A DNA stretch of 32,000 nt from assembly GCF_001457595.1 (NCBI RefSeq), contig NZ_LN831039.1:3450001-3482000 (forward strand), in the 5' to 3' direction. Source of the DNA: Mycolicibacterium smegmatis. Lineage in GTDB: Bacteria; Actinomycetota; Actinomycetes; Mycobacteriales; Mycobacteriaceae. The notes under the pieces were generated by a model. The model searched no databases and had not been told where the DNA came from. It saw nothing but the letters and a program-made list of their open reading frames with translations. The position numbers were made by a program, and so were the translations under genes. Position 1 is the first letter of the stretch; the number at the start of each line of letters is the position of its first letter. Below are positions 16,938 through 24,961 of this stretch, one piece after another.

Positions 16938-17525
16938 TCAAGTCCGATCCCTGGCGTTATCGCCAGCGTCTTGTTCAGAAGCCTTCGCCGGATGGGTATT
17001 CAGGTACGCACTGCGTGGTTTGGAGATCTCTGATTCCCAGCGCTGCTGGGCAATACTGGCCCGGTCCAAGCTGTTTCGGACGCGCGGTTGGATCCCGAGA
17101 AGGCGGTCCACACACGTCTCGTCGCTTGGATGTGCGGCCCTCATCATGGTCGCGTGCGCGTCGGAGGCGTCCGCGTACACAGCTATGACCAGCAGATCGA
17201 GTCGACGGAATCCCGGCCCTAGCAGACTGATGGTTGAGATAGGTTGGCGCTCATATCCATCCAGCTTGACCGGGCCGCAACCAGCGTCGAGTTTTCGCGG
17301 CGCTGACTGCCAGTCAGACAATCGGTAGAGTACACGTTCGACGTGTCCCAACCTGACGGACAGGACCGCTAGAAGTTCGGGAAGCTCAGCGCTGAGGTCA
17401 TCGCTGCGCGGCCACCAAGCCCCATCAACATAGCCTCTTTGGGGTGCCTTGGGTTTCAACCGCAATCTCGGAGTACACGACAGGCCGTGCACCCGTTGCG
17501 AATTCTCCACTGCTTGTAGCGTCAT
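16938..17525 (-). CDS. DUF5994-family protein (paralogue 2)
   Basis: The start was chosen at the internal ATG 17525, which aligns with paralogue 1. The translation is MTLQAV..PRLRLKPKAPQRGYVDGAWWPRSDDLSAELPELLAVLSVRLGHVERVLY..; a C-terminal WESE motif is shared. Confidence 0.75.
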   Translation of the reverse strand: MTLQAVENSQRVHGLSCTPRLRLKPKAPQRGYVDGAWWPRSDDLSAELPELLAVLSVRLGHVERVLYRLSDWQSAPRKLDAGCGPVKLDGYERQPISTISLLGPGFRRLDLLVIAVYADASDAHATMMRAAHPSDETCVDRLLGIQPRVRNSLDRASIAQQRWESEISKPRSAYLNTHPAKASEQDAGDNARDRT

Positions 17526-17685
17526 GTGGACGCTCCCATCTGTGGTCGAGCCAATCGACCTATTGATCGATGCTCCAAACCCGAATGGACAATTTGCATG
17601 ACCGAACACCGACATGTTTAACGCTACTCGCAGTCACACAAAATTGCGACACACGGGGCCGGCGTCTTTCAAGTAGCTGTTGGTG

Positions 17686-18531
17686 TCAGGAGCCGCGGTG
17701 TGGTCCGAGCAATCTGGTGATCGGTCCCGCGGGTCGGTGCATCGCCAGGCGTTGGTCGCATATCCATTGGTCGAGGGCGCCGGTGCTCCCGCAGCGATCG
17801 GGGAATTCGGTCTCGATCCGTCGGTGAAGCGCGTCAAGGAGTTGGCCGCTGTGAGGATGCGTCGTGGCAATGTGGGGCCGATAGTCGGCAAGGATGACAG
17901 CCAAGGCGACGTGATCGCTGTAGGCGTCGAGGTATTCCTCCACCGTGATTTCTCGAAGTGACAGCACGGGTGTGATGGTGCGGCCTTCACGCCACCAGCA
18001 ATTCAGGATTCGGCGTGCATCACGCATAGCGAACGCAGCGAATTCCCTGTACTGGTAGGCCATTCGCGCATGCCTGTGTGCTGCTGTGAGCACTGCCGGG
18101 CGGTGTTCGAGTGGTCGTTGATCGCCCCACCGGCGTGCTGGTGCACCGATCCATCGGCGATGGCGGAAACACACAGTGCGGTGTTCGGGCAGCCAGCAGT
18201 AGACCGGCTCATATGTTCCACGGCGCGCCATACACAACCGGCATGCGGACCGTGATCGGCGCAGCTGTTCGGCGAAACCATGGCCTCGGGTGAGGCCTTT
18301 GAGCCGAATTTCCAGCAGATCGAGGGGGTAGCCGCTGGCAGTTGCGAGCCATTCGGGCCGCGGCTGGTTGCTGACCGCTGTGCCCGACAGATAGGTGTGC
18401 AGTACCTTCAGGGGTAGGTGGTTGGCCTGGGCCAGTCGCATCGTGTAGGAATGCACCGTTTCGGTCTGCACCGGCCACACTCTGCGCGGCAGCGCCTGTT
18501 GTGGTCCATGGGGCCATGGTCTGGGATTCAT
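17686..18531 (-). CDS. tniQ: TniQ-family transposition (target-selection) protein
   Basis: The N-terminus LPRRVWPVQTETVHSYTMRLAQANHLPLKVLHTYL is the TniQ-domain signature. A Cys/His cluster follows (CRLCMARRG..CWLPEHRTVCFRHRRW). The start lies 6 nt after the tniB stop. Confidence 0.8.
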   Translation of the reverse strand: MNPRPWPHGPQQALPRRVWPVQTETVHSYTMRLAQANHLPLKVLHTYLSGTAVSNQPRPEWLATASGYPLDLLEIRLKGLTRGHGFAEQLRRSRSACRLCMARRGTYEPVYCWLPEHRTVCFRHRRWIGAPARRWGDQRPLEHRPAVLTAAHRHARMAYQYREFAAFAMRDARRILNCWWREGRTITPVLSLREITVEEYLDAYSDHVALAVILADYRPHIATTHPHSGQLLDALHRRIETEFPDRCGSTGALDQWICDQRLAMHRPAGPITRLLGPHRGS

Positions 18532-18742
18532 GCCGGTTCAGCTGGCGGTGCGGGCGGCGGCGGTGTGAGCGGCATAGTCGATCAGCACGGTGTCCATGAG
18601 CGCCCGCGAGACCTGTTCAGTGCCATCCAGCATGGCCTGGATGGCTGCGGCACGGATCAGATGGGCAAGGCTGCCGATCATGCCGCCGGTGCGGCGGTGC
18701 AGGTATCGTGCCTCGGCCACAAGGGTTCCCGGTGTGTGACGG

Positions 18743-20230
18743 GAGGAATTGTCAATACCTGTGGATCGGGGTGTTTCAGGCGACCTCCGTTCCGGCGTGC
18801 TGACCGCCGTCTGAGGGCGATGTTGGCGGGGTGATGTCGGTGGGTCGTTCGAGCAGTCTGCCTTTATGGAAGACCGCGCCGGCGCGGACCAGGGCGACCA
18901 GGTGTGGGGCGTTGACGGCACGCCAGCGGGCCGCGGCGGCGTCGATGAGCTTGTAGGCCATCGCTAGTCCGGCCGCTCGTGATCCGGGCCCCTTGGTGAC
19001 CTTGGTCCTCAAACGCACTGTGGCAAAGGTGGATTCGATCGGATTCGTCGTTCGCAGATGAATCCAATGTTCGGCCGGATACTTGTAGAATTCCAGCAGC
19101 ACATCGAGGTCGTCGGTGATCTTAGCGACCGCCTTGGGATACTTCGCGCCGAAGTCGGCCTCGAAGGCCTTGACCGCGATCTGGGCCTTGTCGATATCCT
19201 CGGCGTTGTAGATCTCCTTGATCGCCGCCAGCGCCGACGGGTGCGCTGATTTCGGCAGTGCAGCAAGAACATTGGCCTGCTTATGAAACCAGCACCGCTG
19301 CTCTTTGGTGGCCGGGAAAACCTCGCGGACTGCTTTCCAGAACCCGAGCGCGCCATCGCCGATCGCGAGTACGGGGGCGGTCATGCCGCGGCGCTTGCAG
19401 TCGCGCAACAGATCGGCCCACGACTCGGCCGACTCGCGGTAGCCGTCGGTGATCGCCACGAGCTCCTTGCGGCCATCAGCACGCACGCCCAGCATCACCA
19501 GCAGACAGAGCTTTTCCTGGTCCAGCCGCACCTTGAGGTGAATGCCGTCGACCCACAGATACACGTAATCAGTGGCCGAGAGGTCGCGGGCCCCAAACGC
19601 GCGGGCCTCGTCTTGCCACTGCGCCGTGAGCCGGGTGATCGTGCTGGCCGACAGCCCAGCGCCGGAGCCGAGGAACTGCTCGAGGGCAGGGGTGAAATCG
19701 TTGCTCGACAGGCCGTGCAGGTACAGCAGCGGCAGTACCTCGCTCATCTGCGGCGACTTGCGCGCCCAGGCCGGCAGGATCGCCGAGGAGAACCGCTTGC
19801 GTTCACCGGTGTCGGGGTCGACACGGCGGTCGTTGACCCGCGGCGCTTTCACCTGCACCGCGCCGGCGGCGGTCAGCACCTCCCGGGGCTGGTGATAGCC
19901 GTTTCGCACCACCAACCGGTGACCGTTCTCGTCGAGTTGATCGGCGAACTGCGCCACGTAGGCGGCGACCTCGGCCTGCAACGCCGCGGCCAGCATCTGC
20001 CGGGCCCCGTCGCGGACGATCTCATCCAACAACGACCGACCAGCACCGCTGGCCTTGTCGTTGGCGTCCTCGGTGTCGTGAACTACGGTGAGCATGGGCG
20101 TACCTTCCCAACCAGCGCGCCAACGCCGGTCTTGATCGAATACCTGATTCCGTGAAGATCATCCCCGGGAAGGTGCGCCCATCTTCACGCCCCCACACCG
20201 AGGCTCATCCACAGGTATTGATCATTGCTC
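18743..20230 (-). mobile_element. IS256-family insertion sequence
   Basis: 1488 bp. The terminal inverted repeats GAGGAATTGTCAATACCTGTGGAT and GAGCAATGATCAATACCTGTGGAT match at 21 of 24 positions. A 9-bp direct repeat GTGTGACGG lies at 18734-18742 and 20231-20239. Confidence 0.85.
18776..20095 (-). CDS. IS256-family (mutator-type) transposase
   Basis: 439 aa. Family blocks include LLDEIVRDGARQMLAAALQAEV, YLWVDGIHLKVR, AIGDGALGFWKA, CWFHKQANVL and TNPIESTFATVRLR. Confidence 0.9.
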   Translation of the reverse strand: MLTVVHDTEDANDKASGAGRSLLDEIVRDGARQMLAAALQAEVAAYVAQFADQLDENGHRLVVRNGYHQPREVLTAAGAVQVKAPRVNDRRVDPDTGERKRFSSAILPAWARKSPQMSEVLPLLYLHGLSSNDFTPALEQFLGSGAGLSASTITRLTAQWQDEARAFGARDLSATDYVYLWVDGIHLKVRLDQEKLCLLVMLGVRADGRKELVAITDGYRESAESWADLLRDCKRRGMTAPVLAIGDGALGFWKAVREVFPATKEQRCWFHKQANVLAALPKSAHPSALAAIKEIYNAEDIDKAQIAVKAFEADFGAKYPKAVAKITDDLDVLLEFYKYPAEHWIHLRTTNPIESTFATVRLRTKVTKGPGSRAAGLAMAYKLIDAAAARWRAVNAPHLVALVRAGAVFHKGRLLERPTDITPPTSPSDGGQHAGTEVA

Positions 20231-21056
20231 GTGTGACGGTGCAGCCGCAACGTACCCTCCATCGCCGCCACGAGCTGACGCCATTCTTTTGCGTCCGGGA
20301 ACGCACTGGTGTGGATGACACCACAGCGGCCGGCGAGCTGGCGTCCGCGGGTGCCGGTGAACAGCCCCGAACGCTCCACGTCGATCCCGGCATACACAAA
20401 CGTCGCGGGCAGGTGTTCGGTGAAGTATTTCAGGTGATCAGACAATTCTTCCCCGGCGCGGGTATCCAGGTTGAGGTTGTGGATCTCGTCGACCACGACG
20501 ATGTCGGTTCGCGCGTCGATGAGCACTTGGCACACCGCATCGGAGATGTCGGTGACGTTCATCCGCGGGTTGAGCATCGGTAAGCCCAGAAACCGGGCGA
20601 ACTCCATCGCCAGTTTGCGTGGTGACCCTTTCGGCGGTGCGGTCACATACACCACCGGTATGCGGCTGTCGTCGCCGGGGAACCGTGCCCTGGTGCGTAG
20701 TTCGTGAAATCTGCCCAGCTGTTTGATCGCGGTGGTCTTGCCGGTCGCAGCAGCGCCGGAGATGATCAGGCCACGTCGCGCGCCAATCTCGCGCTGGTTG
20801 AGCAGGGTCAGCAGTCGGCCCTGATGGGTGATCGATTCGATCGCTGATGTCGTGACCACCACCAACTCCGAGTGATGCGCCACGCGGGCCTCGTTGTAGC
20901 GGGTCCGGGCATCGTCGTCCAACTGCGACCATGTCAGATCGTCGAACAGTTCGAACTCGGGCGCATCGGCCTCAATGAAACGCCGCCAGCCCTCCAACGT
21001 TGTGGTGGGCTGGCGGCGATCCTCCAACTGGTTCACGGCCACTGTTTGCGGCTCGG

Positions 21057-21364
21057 TCACAGTCGCCACGATTGGGCCTCCTTGCGTGCATCGAACACCG
21101 GCAGAGGAATCACCTCGGCTACAACGTCTTCACTGCCTGCGTCGTCGGCCGTTTGGTCGCTCGGCGACGCATCGTGCTCGGCCGGCGGCACCGGCACGCC
21201 GGACCAGCCACGGCCGGCGCTCGCAGCGGCATGCCAGCAGATTTCACGAACCGGTCCGGCTCGGACAATTCGTCACAGTGACGATTCGCAGTGGGGCAGC
21301 CCGCGAGGTAGGCGGGGATCTCGACGGGCTCCACAATGAGATGGCTCAGAGTTCATCGCGGTCG
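21057..21364 (-). pseudogene. tniA: Possible 3' remnant of the tniA (TnsB-like transposase) gene
   Basis: The evidence is positional only. A minus-strand frame ending ..SEDVVAEVIPLPVFDARKEAQSWRL-stop overlaps the tniB start as in tniAB operons. It is closed by a TGA about 75 codons upstream, and no DDE domain is present in the window. Confidence 0.3.
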
Positions 21365-21454
21365 CCCTGGGTGTCAGGGTGAGTTGAGTCCACTGGTACT
21401 TAGCAACTTGGCAACTTGGCTTGATCTCGGGGCGAGAACGGAATCACCTGAACC

Positions 21455-21883
21455 ATGACGACGACGATGGCTGCTGTGCGCGAGACTGGAGCGGTGGCAC
21501 CTTCACCGCGATCTGATGGCCCGCGCCGGCGGCGCTCGATTTCTCCGGCGCAGAAGCTGGCCCACCTGGATGCCTATGAGCAGGCCTGTACGACCAACGA
21601 TGGTGGGGCGTACCTGCGCGGTGAGGGGTTGTATTCCTCGCAGATCGCCGAGTGGCGCAAACAACGCGATGCTGGGGTGTTGGAAGGCAAGGCACCTGGG
21701 GAGAAGGTCGGTAAACTCACCCGCGAGCAGGCCGAGATCGCCCGCCTGAAAAAGGAACTCGCCCAGGCCAATAATCGGCTGGCGACCACCGAGGCTGCCC
21801 TGGGGATCATGGGAAAAGCACACGCGCTCTTGGAGTCTCTCTCCGAGAGCGCGGACACCGACACGCCGCCGACCAAGCGCTGA
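21455..21883 (+). CDS. IS3-family transposase OrfA
   Basis: Identical to 11452..11880. Its stop shares one base with the OrfB ATG (TGATG). Confidence 0.9.
   Translation: MTTTMAAVRETGAVAPSPRSDGPRRRRSISPAQKLAHLDAYEQACTTNDGGAYLRGEGLYSSQIAEWRKQRDAGVLEGKAPGEKVGKLTREQAEIARLKKELAQANNRLATTEAALGIMGKAHALLESLSESADTDTPPTKR
21811..21817 (+). promoter_or_regulatory. Candidate -1 programmed frameshift heptamer G GGA AAA (OrfA to OrfAB)
   Basis: This is an X XXY YYZ motif in the OrfA zero frame (ATG GGA AAA GCA). It lies inside the only stretch (21775-21883) where the OrfB frame is open upstream of its ATG. Confidence 0.4.
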
Positions 21884-22896
21884 TGGATGCCTACAACGAT
21901 CTGCGGGATATCCAGATTCCGACCCGCAAGGCCGCGGAGGTGACCGGCATGCACCGCTCGACGGCCACTCGACGCGCCAAACCCGCGCCGGCGCCTGCCG
22001 ATCGGGCACCACGACCGGTCCCGGTCAACAAGCTCACCGAGTCCGAATGCGCCCGGGTGGTTGAGGTGCTCAACAGTGCCCGGTTCGTCGATGCCGCGCC
22101 GATGCAGGTGTGGGCCACGTTGCTCGATGAAGGCAGCTACCTGTGTTCGGTGTCGACGATGTACCGCGTCCTCAATGCCAACAAGCTGGTCAAGGAGCGC
22201 CGTCGGCTGGCCCGGCACCGCAAAGCGGTCTGCCCGGAACTGGTGGCCACCGCGCCGCGGCAGGTGTATTCGTGGGACATCACCAAACTGGCCGGCCCGG
22301 TCAAAGGGGTCTACTACGACGCCTACGTGATGATCGACATTTACTCGCGTTACATCGTCGGGGTCCATGTGCACGCCCGCGAATGCGGCCAGCTGGCCAA
22401 GGAGATGATGGAACAGATCTTCGGCACCTACGGCATCCCACACGTCGTGCACGCTGATCGGGGCACCTCGATGACCAGCAACACCGTCGCCGGACTGCTC
22501 TCGGATCTGGGCGTCATCCGCTCGCATTCGCGGCCCAAGGTATCCAACGACAACCCCTACAGCGAGTCCTGGTTCAAGACCTTGAAGTATGCGCCGGCGT
22601 TCCCGGAACGCTTCGAATCCATCCATCACGCGAGGGATTTCATGGACCGATTCGTGCAGTGGTACAACCATGAACACCGCCACAGCGGCATCGGGCTGCA
22701 CACACCCGCCGATGTGTTCTACGGCCTCGCCGGCGGGAAAGACACCCAGCGCCGAGCCGTGCTCGCCGACGCCAGGGCGCGCCACCCACGCCGATTCGGC
22801 CGCGACACCGCACCCAAGGTCATCGACCTACCTGAATCCGCGGCGATCAACCCACCCAAACCGGCCGAACAGGAGACCGAAACGGAAGCCGCTTAA
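21883..22896 (+). CDS. IS3-family transposase OrfB (DDE integrase core)
   Basis: 337 aa. It has the DDE/rve motifs WDITKL.., HADRGTSMTS and SNDNPYSESWFKTLKYAP..YNHEHRHSGIG. It lies in the -1 frame relative to OrfA. Confidence 0.9.
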   Translation: MDAYNDLRDIQIPTRKAAEVTGMHRSTATRRAKPAPAPADRAPRPVPVNKLTESECARVVEVLNSARFVDAAPMQVWATLLDEGSYLCSVSTMYRVLNANKLVKERRRLARHRKAVCPELVATAPRQVYSWDITKLAGPVKGVYYDAYVMIDIYSRYIVGVHVHARECGQLAKEMMEQIFGTYGIPHVVHADRGTSMTSNTVAGLLSDLGVIRSHSRPKVSNDNPYSESWFKTLKYAPAFPERFESIHHARDFMDRFVQWYNHEHRHSGIGLHTPADVFYGLAGGKDTQRRAVLADARARHPRRFGRDTAPKVIDLPESAAINPPKPAEQETETEAA

Positions 22897-23187
22897 CACC
22901 CACTGGACTCAAACACCTTGACAAATTCCGTCGGACACCGTGCGGCGTGAGTACCGACGCTTGAGTCCGACGCGGCGACGCACCGAGACGGGATCCTTGG
23001 TGGCTCGTCCATGGCCGCGCCGCTTGTGGGGCTTGCACATGGCGCAACCACGCCACGAACGTGAAGGGTGATGACTGGGCATCGGCGATGCTCCCGAGGT
23101 GACTCCGCTCAGAGGCGAAGGAGATGACGATACGCGACCCGACGGCCACTCACCTGCGATCCGGAAGTACCGATAAGCTACATTATG

Positions 23188-23998
23188 TCAACTAATCCAC
23201 CGCATCGCATCGAACGCCGCCCCTAGTTCACCGCCAGACCACCTCTGAAAGCAGTCGACGGATATTGCTTCCGGGTGATGCCCGATGATCAGATCGGCTC
23301 TGGCGTCAACGAGACACCGAGCCAGGCCAGCGGGCCCTGCGAGGTTGGAAGGTATGCGAATGGGACGCGCCAGTGCATCGCGACGACGACAATACGTTCT
23401 GCGCCTTCGCTTCTCGCATGAGTACTTCGGCTCTTTGGACGTCCGGCTCGTATGCATGCGTGTGCACGAAGGGCGGGACGCCAGGGGTTTCGTCAAGCAA
23501 GCCACTGTCGACCTCGAACGTCGAGCGAACCCGTATGGCGGCAACTCCTGGCCTATCCCCCGTCGCATTGGCCCCGCGTGGCAGGGCCGAACAAAAACTG
23601 AAGAAGGCTACCGACTGACCCGCGACTGTAAGCACCTGCAGGCGAGTGGCCTCTGATTGGGATTCGCCGCAACCGGCGTGCCTGACGCCTACTGCATCGA
23701 GCGACCGGATCGTGTCCCGCAATCCCCTTGGCGCCGAAGTTCATCGTATGGTTCGTTGCCAGCGACACAAGGTCAAAGCCCAACTCGGCCAATTCTTTAG
23801 CAGCTGATATTGGTGCGCGCATCGCGACGAGTTTCTCGGCGCGGTCATTCGAGTCCGTGAACGAAACCTCGAGATTGCCGATGGTCAGATCCCTGCAAGC
23901 AGCAGGCTGAGGGCCGATTCTCCCGGGCTGGGACGGTCGGGCGTTGGCCGGCGAGGTCGTCCAGAAACTACTACGTCACCCACCACGGTTAACTCCAC
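23188..23998 (-). pseudogene. CapA-family (PGA_cap metallophosphatase-like) gene with multiple frameshifts and a truncated C-terminus
   Basis: Family blocks are spread over three frames: VELTVVGDVVV, DLTIGNLEVSFTD, DLVSLATNHTMNFGAKG, RDTIRSLDAVGVRHAGCG, ERIVVVAMHW and ADLIIGHHP. At least four frame changes are needed to join them. Confidence 0.65.
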
Positions 23999-24022
23999 AT
24001 CCTGTGTTCCATACTACGGCGC

Positions 24023-24045
24023 GTCATGCCATAGAACGGCATGAC
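24023..24045. promoter_or_regulatory. Perfect inverted repeat upstream of the IclR gene
   Basis: The sequence is GTCATGCC-ATAGAAC-GGCATGAC (8-bp arms). It lies in the 113-bp gap between the CapA-like pseudogene start and the IclR start. Confidence 0.35.
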
Positions 24046-24111
24046 AATCAATTATCGGCGCCGCGTGTGCCACTATGCGGAACGGTGTACGGGTGTTAAT
24101 GTCAACTTCCC

Positions 24112-24921
24112 ATGAACACACCAGGTGACAGTGCTGGAGCGCCGAATCCAGGGACTTCGACCAGCATCCGTTCGATGAACAGCGTCTTGAGCACTCTCCG
24201 GATCTTCGAAGAGGTGGCGACACGCCAACCAATCGGTGTCTCCGACTTATCGCGCGTCACTGGGATACCGAAGAGCACCGTCCAGCGGTGCCTGGTGACG
24301 CTCAAGCAGGCTGGATGGCTGAAAGTTGTCGACACGGCCCAGACTCGTTGGGGCGTAACGGCGCGGGCGCTTTCTTTGGGTCTTCGCGGGGCTGGTGAAC
24401 AAGATCTCCGACAATTGGCCGATCCGGTGATCAAGCGCCTTGCAGCCGATACCGGCGAAACTGTACACCTTGCCCTGCGGGACGGAAACGAGAGCGTCAT
24501 CATTGGCCGGGCCGACACGACGAAGGATGTACGGGTGATCCTGGAGCTCGGCACCCGCCTGCCACTGCAAGCCACGTCCGCGGGTGTCGCCATGCTGGCT
24601 CGCCTCGCGCCCGCCGAAGTCGCCGAGGTGCTCAGCCACGAAGTAGATCAGGTCGAGGGTGCCTCGGTACCAAGCACCGATCAACTAAGGCGCGAAATCG
24701 AAATGACCGCCGTGCGCGGCTACGCGCTCAACGTCTCGTCCTGGTACCGACCCCACGTCTGCTCTGTCGGGGTTGCGGTGACGGACTCGATGGATAGGCC
24801 GATCGCCGGGATTGCGATATCAATACCCGAGATGCGGTACGACGCGGCCAACGAAGCAACGCTGGCCGAGTTGGCGAACGCTGCGGCCGCAGAAATCAAC
24901 GGGCTCATCCGTTCCGCATAA
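24112..24921 (+). CDS. IclR-family transcriptional regulator
   Basis: The N-terminal wHTH is SVLSTLRIFEEVATRQPIGVSDLSRVTGIPKSTVQRCLVTL. The C-terminal effector domain includes GETVHLALRDG..LPLQATSAGVAML..IAGIAISIP. Confidence 0.85.
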   Translation: MNTPGDSAGAPNPGTSTSIRSMNSVLSTLRIFEEVATRQPIGVSDLSRVTGIPKSTVQRCLVTLKQAGWLKVVDTAQTRWGVTARALSLGLRGAGEQDLRQLADPVIKRLAADTGETVHLALRDGNESVIIGRADTTKDVRVILELGTRLPLQATSAGVAMLARLAPAEVAEVLSHEVDQVEGASVPSTDQLRREIEMTAVRGYALNVSSWYRPHVCSVGVAVTDSMDRPIAGIAISIPEMRYDAANEATLAELANAAAAEINGLIRSA

Positions 24922-24961
24922 CGCGCTCGCCCAAAATGCTGCGGCGTTCGCCAAGGGACTA

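Larger units (their letters stand above)
18538..21069 (-). pseudogene. tniB: TniB-family AAA+ ATPase gene interrupted by IS256 (exons 20240-21069 and 18538-18742)
   Basis: The N-terminal part has Walker A (ISGAAATGKTT) and Walker B (IVVVDEIHNL). The C-terminal part is ..ARYLHRRTGGMIGSLAHLIRAAAIQAMLDGTEQVSRALMDTVLIDYAA. Removing 18743-20239 (the IS plus one duplication copy) joins the two parts in frame: 1035 nt, 344 codons plus stop. AAGGAGG precedes GTG 21069. Confidence 0.85.
21365..22930 (+). mobile_element. IS3-family element, copy 2 (complete)
   Basis: 1566 bp. The subterminal inverted repeats are TGTCAGGGTGAGTTGAGTCCACTGG (from 21372) and TGTCAAGGTGTTTGAGTCCAGTGG (reverse complement ending at 22923). 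A TCG direct repeat lies at 21362-21364 and 22931-22933. The outer 7 bp CCCTGGG are also present at the copy 1 terminus. Confidence 0.8.

Noticed and set aside
17617-17664. TGT-initiated motifs (TGTTTAACGC.. on the plus strand; TGTCGCAATTTTGTGTGAC on the minus strand) downstream of tniQ as a possible transposon terminal repeat.
   Set aside because: Only a single occurrence exists. The orientation of the better match points outward. No partner end is present in the window, and the resemblance to Tn402-type ends is limited to TGTCG.
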